Origin: a virus
Lineage: Duplodnaviria; Caudoviricetes
Virus record (IMG/VR): IMGVR_UViG_3300042900_000746
Coordinates: 69,871 to 133,870 of that record
Direction: 5' to 3' (one strand)
DNA length: 64,000 bases
Part shown: one piece after another, positions 58,898-64,000 of the stretch
How the letters are laid out: each line of letters begins with the position of its first letter
How positions within the stretch are numbered: the stretch's first letter is position 1
Position numbers and translations under genes: made by a program
The notes under the pieces: model-generated
Databases searched by the model: none
What the model was told of the DNA's origin: nothing
Seen by the model: the letters and a program-made list of their open reading frames with translations, nothing else

Positions 58898-59215
58898 ATG
58901 TTGGTAAACTTAACTCCTCACGAGGTAACACTCGTGAATGATCAGGGTGATATTACCCTGGTCATCAAGCCGGAGGGAACTCCTGCTCGGTGCGCAGTGA
59001 AGCGAGAGATCGCATTCATTGCGGACGGTATTAGTGTCAATAAGAGTGTGTTCGGAGAGGTCGTTGGCCTTCCGGAGCCCATTGAAGGCACTTGGTATAT
59101 TGTTAGCCGGATTGTAGCAGAAGCTGCACAACGTTCAGATCTTCTGGTTCCGGATGAAACAGTTCGGAACCAAGAAGGTCAGATTGTTGGTTGTAAGTCA
59201 TTTGCAACAATCTGA
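58898..59215 (+). CDS. Phage hypothetical protein with NLTPH motif (105 aa)
   Basis: MLVNLTPHEV, GLPEP, YIVSRIVA, DLLVP and VRNQEGQIVGC pattern that I recall from a widespread phage family of unknown function. Confidence 0.75.
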   Translation: MLVNLTPHEVTLVNDQGDITLVIKPEGTPARCAVKREIAFIADGISVNKSVFGEVVGLPEPIEGTWYIVSRIVAEAAQRSDLLVPDETVRNQEGQIVGCKSFATI

Positions 59216-59232
59216 GTTAATTATTAACAATT

Positions 59233-59288
59233 GAGTTGTTTCCCCTGGGGTCTTTGGGCCCTGGGGGAAACTTCTTTTTTGAGGATAG
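59233..59288 (+). terminator. Repeat copy 9
   Basis: GTTTCCCCTGGGGTC-TTTG-GGCCCTGGGGGAAAC TTCTTTTTT GAGGATAG. Confidence 0.8.
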
Positions 59289-59334
59289 ACCATTGGGGTC
59301 AGTCCACAACTCACCAACGAAAGGAGGTGAAATA

Positions 59335-59511
59335 ATGGCTCCCACCTGGGACTCGGTTGGTGTTTGTTCGCTTTGCGGACAGGACATAACTGTAGAAGAG
59401 GTGGTGGATCACTGGTACAAGCTCCCTACAGGGGAACTTGGAACAACGGTTCACCGAACCAGGGATGAATCCATGCCGCTCGTTCACGGGCAGTGCATCG
59501 ATTCTCTCTGA
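59335..59511 (+). CDS. 58-aa Cys/His zinc-binding protein (MAPTWDSVGVCSLC...HGQC)
   Basis: AAAGGAGGTG RBS; CxxC and HxxC. Confidence 0.65.
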   Translation: MAPTWDSVGVCSLCGQDITVEEVVDHWYKLPTGELGTTVHRTRDESMPLVHGQCIDSL

Positions 59512-59525
59512 GACCCTCGTCCCAC

Positions 59526-59586
59526 AAACCGCTACTTGAAAGAGAGTAGCCGGGGTGAACACTCCTACCCTGGGAACAGAATGGAG
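59526..59586 (+). ncRNA. Candidate structured 3' RNA element, copy C
   Basis: GCTACT/AGTAGC stem, CGGGGT/ACCCTG stem, GGAACAGAA, and loop CTCC pairing with GGAG. Confidence 0.5.
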
Positions 59587-59593
59587 ACAACTC

Positions 59594-59656
59594 GTCCCTA
59601 CCCTGGGGATCTTCGGATCCCTGGGGTAGAGACCCTACCTTTTTTTTGAGGATAGG
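59594..59656 (+). terminator. Repeat copy 10
   Basis: CTACCCTGGGGATC-TTCG-GATCCCTGGGGTAG, then CCTTTTTTTT GAGGATAGG. Confidence 0.75.
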
Positions 59657-59685
59657 CCACCCAGGCCAGTCCAGGAAAGGAAACC

Positions 59686-59850
59686 ATGGCTCTTAACAAA
59701 ACCATGGTTGCTATCCACATCGCCTTGTTCTTGGCGATGTTCGGTGTAATTACAATGGCTAGCCCAGGCTGGTTCATTGTGTTTATGCTGACTGTCATAA
59801 CGGGTTATTGCGTTATTGGCGGTTGGATCGCAGCAAAAAGCGAGGACTGA
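59686..59850 (+). CDS. 54-aa two-helix membrane protein (MALNKTMVAIHIALF...)
   Basis: Manually translated; GAAAGGA RBS; fills the space between repeat copies 10 and 11. Confidence 0.65.
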   Translation: MALNKTMVAIHIALFLAMFGVITMASPGWFIVFMLTVITGYCVIGGWIAAKSED

Positions 59851-59875
59851 CAAACCTCGTTGTCCATGAAACCGC

Positions 59876-59937
59876 TCCTTACCCTGGGGATCTTAGGATC
59901 TCTGGGGTAAGGACCCTACCCTTTTTTTGAGGATAGG
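59876..59937 (+). terminator. Repeat copy 11
   Basis: TCCTTACCCTGGGGATC-TTAG-GATCTCTGGGGTAAGGA, then CCCTTTTTTT GAGGATAGG. Confidence 0.75.
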
Positions 59938-59966
59938 CCACTGGGGCCAGTCCACGAAAGGGAAAT

Positions 59967-60269
59967 ATGAAAGTCAAGAACAAGTGGTGGGTCTCATACA
60001 AGATCCGCCAAGTTGCCAAAGCCCGTGAAAGGGCAATGGTCAACCCAGCCACCGTCAAGCAGCTATGCTTCATCGCATTCCTGCTCGAGTTCACAATCGT
60101 CAATGCCGAAGAGGCAAAGACCATTAAGACAATGGTCCACAATGGAGTGGATTTCTACTGGGCCAGCAAGACCATCAAGTACCTGCAACAGAAGCCTTAC
60201 CGCTTCACATTTGCGGAGTACAAAGTCAAGAATGCCAATTGGGACTACGCTAATAAGCGTTGGTTCTGA
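59967..60269 (+). CDS. Basic hypothetical protein (100 aa)
   Basis: GAAAGGGA RBS; ATG 30 nt after the repeat. Confidence 0.7.
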   Translation: MKVKNKWWVSYKIRQVAKARERAMVNPATVKQLCFIAFLLEFTIVNAEEAKTIKTMVHNGVDFYWASKTIKYLQQKPYRFTFAEYKVKNANWDYANKRWF

Positions 60270-60292
60270 TAGTAGATAAGTAAAAAAAAAGT

Positions 60293-60343
60293 AAGGTGCA
60301 GATCCTCTCGTTTGGGATCTGTGCCTTCTTTTTTTGGCATAGG
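60293..60343 (+). terminator. Repeat copy 12 (variant TTGGCATAGG)
   Basis: AAGGTGCAGATCCT...GGGATCTGTGCCTT hairpin plus T tract. Confidence 0.7.
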
Positions 60344-60402
60344 CGTTAGGCCTCTAGCTACAGTTAACTAAATCTGTTGGAAAATTAGTAAGAAAGGAAA
60401 TC

Positions 60403-60666
60403 ATGTCAGTTAATGGACCATGGGATGAAGATCCTATGTGGGTTCCGGATCTTGAAGATTCGGAGCTTGCTAATACATGTTTCAGGTGTCAAGAATTGGA
60501 AGCTGAATTGGAATCATGGAAGCTCACCGCTTCTATGTGGATGGCGGAGGCTGAAGCGCAAGCGGAGTCTGACTTGGCACGCTTTGAACTTCAAGAGCAG
60601 TACATGCGCCAACAAGAAAAGGAAGCTGAAAGAAAGAGAAGGGAATACGGCAAACCAAGTAACTAA
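60403..60666 (+). CDS. Coiled-coil hypothetical protein (87 aa)
   Basis: GAAAGGA RBS; CxxC followed by a Glu-rich helix. Confidence 0.7.
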   Translation: MSVNGPWDEDPMWVPDLEDSELANTCFRCQELEAELESWKLTASMWMAEAEAQAESDLARFELQEQYMRQQEKEAERKRREYGKPSN

Positions 60667-60681
60667 GTAAGTAAGTAAGTA

Positions 60682-60737
60682 GAAGGATTGTTCCCGGGGA
60701 TTTCGGTCCTCGGGAACTTCCTTTTTTTGAGGATAGG
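60682..60737 (+). terminator. Repeat copy 13
   Basis: GTTCCCGGGGAT-TTCG-GTCCTCGGGAAC TTCCTTTTTTT GAGGATAGG. Confidence 0.8.
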
Positions 60738-60766
60738 CCACTGGGGTCAGTCCAAGAAAGGAAATC

Positions 60767-61258
60767 ATGTCAGTTAATAATCAATTCCGGCAAAGGCTGG
60801 ATGTGATCTCGAAAGTAGAGATTGTATCTGGCTGCTTGGAGATTACTTCAAGCAACGCTGCAATATTACTTGCAGGACCACTGACGTATGGACAATACAT
60901 TAGTGTGTTTTCGGGTAAGAAGTATTCGTTTGTTGGAACATCGCAAGATGGCGCTATCATCGATGCATTTATGCACGACGGTAGTGCCCGTGACAATGGT
61001 GGGTATGGCGGCGACGCTTTTGAACTCACGATGAATGATGGATCTCACCGAGTTTTGGTCGGTCCATGGTCTAGCCGACCATCAGTCCATAGCGTTAACA
61101 GTGGAATTTCTTTCACGGAAGTCCGAGTTAACGGTAGGCTGGCTTACTTTTCTCAGGCATTCATTGCGGCAATTGTTCACGAATTCAACATCAATGCAAC
61201 AATGACCGTACGAGTTGATGAAGACGGTGAGATATATCTTGAGTTAGTAAGTAAATAA
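60767..61258 (+). CDS. Hypothetical protein (163 aa)
   Basis: GAAAGGA RBS; GGYGG and GPWSS motifs. Confidence 0.75.
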   Translation: MSVNNQFRQRLDVISKVEIVSGCLEITSSNAAILLAGPLTYGQYISVFSGKKYSFVGTSQDGAIIDAFMHDGSARDNGGYGGDAFELTMNDGSHRVLVGPWSSRPSVHSVNSGISFTEVRVNGRLAYFSQAFIAAIVHEFNINATMTVRVDEDGEIYLELVSK

Positions 61259-61278
61259 GTAAGTAAGTAAAGTAAGAC

Positions 61279-61330
61279 GAGGTAGTCCCTGGGGAGAAAT
61301 CCCTGGGGACTTTCCTTTTTTTGCCAATAA
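61279..61330 (+). terminator. Repeat copy 14 (degenerate, TTGCCAATAA)
   Basis: AGTCCCTGGGGA-GAAA-TCCCTGGGGACT hairpin plus T tract. Confidence 0.75.
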
Positions 61331-61427
61331 ATCGTTGGCCCTTAAACAGGAGGTAGAAATGTAATGAATACCATTGTTAATACTCAATTGCTTAATTTAG
61401 TAATAATAGACCCTTCTCTACCCCCCG

Positions 61428-61474
61428 CCTAGGAGGATAGCCATGGACCTTAGGTTCCTTTTTTTGACGATAGG
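61428..61474 (+). promoter_or_regulatory. Repeat copy 15 (weak hairpin, TTTTTTTGACGATAGG) upstream of the RNA polymerase-like gene
   Basis: Core motif retained and followed by CCATTGGCCTTTAGT, as in copies 1 and 7. Confidence 0.6.
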
Positions 61475-61563
61475 CCATTGGCCTTTAGTCACACGTGAGG
61501 TTCCACGTCAGGGCCAACAGTTTGTGTGTATCTGTACAAAAACACACAGAAAGGGAGGGAGAG

Positions 61564-63921
61564 ATGCCGTATTTCCATGGCATTGTGGTCCTCGCTGGAA
61601 GGTGGCTTCGGCTGCTGACTGGTGCGGCTCACGTCCCGGGTACCAACATCAAAGAAGAGTTTCAGGGAGGACAATACGTCCCAGCGTTCCTGGAGCACTT
61701 CTGGGGTGGGAAGTACCGCGTCGAGGTGCGTAAGCTGTTCAGCCGTAAGGTTGGATCAGTGGAAAGCGCACCAGCGGTGACCAATAAGGAGCTGTTCTCT
61801 AGCGAAGTAATTCGTTGGAGCAACTCCTCGGACCAGTACATGTTGCGCATTAAGGGCAATGATGGCTGGCTTGCTAGCTTCAAGGAAATCGGTCTTCTGA
61901 TCGGTAACTCAAAGAAGATGAGCAAGAGGTTAGTGGAGCTCGTGCGCATGTCGTGCATGTGGCTTCATATACCTGAAGAGGAAGCCCTTGAGGTTGACGT
62001 CATCGATCACAAAGCGTTGGGCATGCCTGATGAGTTTGTGGACGGTGCGACGTTCATCACCCGTGGTTTGGCCATCAAGTGCGTGAAGTCGAATACTTCG
62101 GCAACACGTGCTTGGAGGGCCAAGATGATCTGGGACATTCGCAATGGCAATCTTGTCGTTGTGCAGTTCCGGATGCTCTGTGCACTGGGAGAGATCAAAG
62201 GTAATGCTGTGATCACTCCTCGTCGCCAGATGCGAGGCTACGAAGTTCGGACATTTGCTCCGAATATCAAGGCTGAGATCAAGACCACAGGATGGCAATG
62301 GGTCACATTGGAGCCGTCTTACGGGACGATTCCGGTGAAGTCGGACGATCTGACACATTCCATTTACTGGGATGTTAAGGGTCTGTATGACCACGACTCA
62401 CTCCTGGCATGCCTGGAATCCTCTTTGAAGCAATTCAAGGAGGACTTGGTCGCTGGCAAACGCTCTGAGTGGATGGAGAAGCTCGCTGAAAATAGCGGGA
62501 ATATCCTACACGAGGAGTCAGAGGTAAAGTATGCAAAGGATCGTGGCCTAGTTGGCAGGATTCAGCATGCGGTTGCTCAACTTAGCAAGTTGGGTGTACC
62601 TCTACACGCCAGTCAAACCCTGATGTTCCTCTCGGTCAATGGTTTGCGAAAGCAGCTGTTGGGCGACAATCGTCAGGGTGAGGTATGGACAGACAAGTCT
62701 CGTCACTGGTTTCCAGTGTCGTGGGCTTATGCTGCCCATGTCTATACCAAGGAAGTCTTGGAAATCGGTGGGTTTAAGATGCCCGCTGGTAACCATGGCT
62801 TCTTCCATGAGGCTACCCACAGCTTCGTGGTACCTGGCCAGTTCTTGAAGGATAACTTCGAGAACTGGGGAGGCCCGGACCTAGATGACACAGTTAAGGT
62901 GCATGTGCGCCGTGTGTTGGATAGTAAGGGCAAGGTCAAGTTGATGGGAATTGTCATGCGCAATCCGAATGATTTCGGTGAGTATGCGATGATTCCGATT
63001 AAGGAGACCGGACCGGTATTCCACGACTATGGTGCTGAGCCCCCGCTGGTGGATCTGCAGGAACTATCTAGTAAGGTTCCGCAGTTTACTAAGCTGAAGA
63101 AGCACCTGAACATCGGATCACTTCCGGCGATCACTAATCCACGTAAGCGTGGTGACGTGTTCTCGTTGGAGGATGAGTCGGCTGTTCGGCTTGCATCACA
63201 AGCTTTTCCACCAGGAATGGGCGGAACGGTCATCCCAAAGATGATCTGGTACGCTCAGTTCGGGAAGCCCATTGAGGAGTTGGTTGCAACTAACGAAGAC
63301 ATCGTTGATGTTCTTCAGCAGGGGCAAGCTTCTCTGGAGGATGTGCAGTTGATCAAGCAATGGATCGACAACACATTCACCACAATGGGTGAAAGGCTCA
63401 ACTGGGAAATGGACCGCTTCTGGTTCATGACCCGGATGCCAGCACCATTGGCAGAGGTGTGGGAAACCTCATCCGAGGAAGCATCGCCTTGGGTCACACT
63501 CCATAAGGAGCGTGAGAACCTTGTGCGTCAGTACATTAAGGAAATGACGGATTGGCTGAATAGTCAAGTCGTTATGCCTGAAGTGCTGGAGCAGATCAAC
63601 TGGACTCCAGAAGAGCGTGCAAACGCTTGGAAGAAACTCCAGAAGATTAAAGAGGTTCATCAAGCAGCTCGAAACAGTAGTCTCACCTGGTGCGACTACT
63701 TTGTAGAGCTGATGACCAAGAGTGATGAAGAGTTTGGTGAAGAACGTACTGATCGTAAGATCTTATGTTTAGCTCACCAAGCTATCCTCGCGAAGGCTCA
63801 AACGCCAGGAGCCAACCATGACCAGTGGTTATTCTCGTTCAACGCTAAGAGCGAAATACAACCGTACATGTTCTATGTACGTGCTTTGAAGCGTGTTCAA
63901 GACGGGACTTACAACTGGTAA
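61564..63921 (+). CDS. Putative single-subunit two-barrel (QDE-1/YonO-like) RNA polymerase, ~785 aa
   Basis: FVDGATFI (62035-62058) resembles RdRP FSDGxGxI; QFRM...GEIKG (62164-62202) resembles QIRxxGxKG; GGPDLDD (62869-62889) resembles GGDLDGD; MRNP (62956-62967); GGGAGG RBS before ATG 61564. Confidence 0.7.
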   Translation: MPYFHGIVVLAGRWLRLLTGAAHVPGTNIKEEFQGGQYVPAFLEHFWGGKYRVEVRKLFSRKVGSVESAPAVTNKELFSSEVIRWSNSSDQYMLRIKGNDGWLASFKEIGLLIGNSKKMSKRLVELVRMSCMWLHIPEEEALEVDVIDHKALGMPDEFVDGATFITRGLAIKCVKSNTSATRAWRAKMIWDIRNGNLVVVQFRMLCALGEIKGNAVITPRRQMRGYEVRTFAPNIKAEIKTTGWQWVTLEPSYGTIPVKSDDLTHSIYWDVKGLYDHDSLLACLESSLKQFKEDLVAGKRSEWMEKLAENSGNILHEESEVKYAKDRGLVGRIQHAVAQLSKLGVPLHASQTLMFLSVNGLRKQLLGDNRQGEVWTDKSRHWFPVSWAYAAHVYTKEVLEIGGFKMPAGNHGFFHEATHSFVVPGQFLKDNFENWGGPDLDDTVKVHVRRVLDSKGKVKLMGIVMRNPNDFGEYAMIPIKETGPVFHDYGAEPPLVDLQELSSKVPQFTKLKKHLNIGSLPAITNPRKRGDVFSLEDESAVRLASQAFPPGMGGTVIPKMIWYAQFGKPIEELVATNEDIVDVLQQGQASLEDVQLIKQWIDNTFTTMGERLNWEMDRFWFMTRMPAPLAEVWETSSEEASPWVTLHKERENLVRQYIKEMTDWLNSQVVMPEVLEQINWTPEERANAWKKLQKIKEVHQAARNSSLTWCDYFVELMTKSDEEFGEERTDRKILCLAHQAILAKAQTPGANHDQWLFSFNAKSEIQPYMFYVRALKRVQDGTYNW

Positions 63922-63949
63922 CCAGTCACTAAAGGTGACACCAATGTAG

Positions 63950-63981
63950 CCTCAGGGGTGGGAGAAATCTCACCTCTGAGG
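63950..63981 (+). terminator. Hairpin downstream of the polymerase-like gene
   Basis: CCTCAGGGGTGGGA-GAAA-TCTCACCTCTGAGG; no clear T tract inside the window. Confidence 0.45.
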
Positions 63982-64000
63982 TGAATTAGTAGTTGTATTG

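Larger units (their letters stand above)
55705..61474 (+). repeat. Dispersed family of ~15 intergenic elements: GC hairpin, T6-8 tract, GAGGATAG(G/A), often continuing CCA..N..CAGTCCA
   Basis: Copies at about 55705, 56157, 56360, 56742, 57171, 57622, 58031, 58799, 59233, 59594, 59876, 60293, 60682, 61279 and 61428; one lies between almost every pair of genes. Confidence 0.92.

Noticed and set aside
56320-59334. Extended N-termini in the ORF track (56320, 56787, 58802, 59236; likewise 52622 and 61495)
   Set aside because: They read through terminator hairpins or upstream genes; better starts, mostly with a clear RBS, lie downstream
55705-61474. CRISPR array interpretation of the palindromic repeats
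   Set aside because: Spacing is irregular (about 100-700 nt), the intervals are genes with RBS, the repeats vary in sequence, and no cas genes are present
55705-61474. Integron attC cassette array
   Set aside because: No RYYYAAC...GTTRRRY ends, no integrase in the window, and the wobble pairs, tetraloops and T tracts fit RNA terminators
55705-61474. GAGGA in the repeat as a ribosome-binding site, or TTGAGG/TTGACA as a plain sigma70 -35 box
   Set aside because: Each gene has a separate RBS 5-10 nt from its ATG, and no consistent -10 hexamer lies 16-18 nt downstream; an alternative host sigma factor is not fully excluded
55857-63663. Minus-strand ORFs in the cassette region, several sharing LSSKKEV or YPQKK peptides
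   Set aside because: The shared peptides are translations of the non-coding repeat, and the ORFs are antisense to well-supported genes
1-64000. tRNA/rRNA genes, integrase, transposase or alternative genetic code
   Set aside because: No cloverleaf or rRNA-like segment or recombinase motif was recognised by eye, and the standard code gives dense, uninterrupted genes

Overview
The window is a 64-kb piece of a large tailed (contractile-tail, myovirus-like) bacteriophage genome with no sign of host chromosome. About 1-52 kb is a tightly packed, AT-rich, minus-strand late/virion module: ClpB-like ATPase, basic Gly/Ala-rich candidate internal proteins, a 1195-aa DEDDh exonuclease protein, terminase, fibre proteins, portal, glycosyltransferase, protease/scaffold, major capsid, neck, two sheath-like and three tube-like genes, two chaperones, a 2212-aa tape-measure-position protein and a 1622-aa protein. 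About 52.4-54.7 kb holds recA and small genes. After a non-coding gap near 54.7-55.1 kb, a visibly more GC-rich plus-strand region consists of single-gene cassettes separated by about 15 copies of a fused hairpin/T-tract/GAGGATAG element, and ends in a ~785-aa gene. The most notable inference is a self-contained phage transcription system. Both the 1622-aa virion-module protein and the ~785-aa early protein carry motifs of two-barrel (QDE-1/YonO-like) RNA polymerases. Their catalytic loop is an unusual GGxDLDD, and the RxP motif follows it instead of preceding it. The repeated element is the candidate cognate terminator-promoter. Two covarying structured RNA motifs, a 3' pseudoknot and a 5' leader, also recur in the cassette region. 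All functional calls come from motif reading and gene order; no database search was possible.
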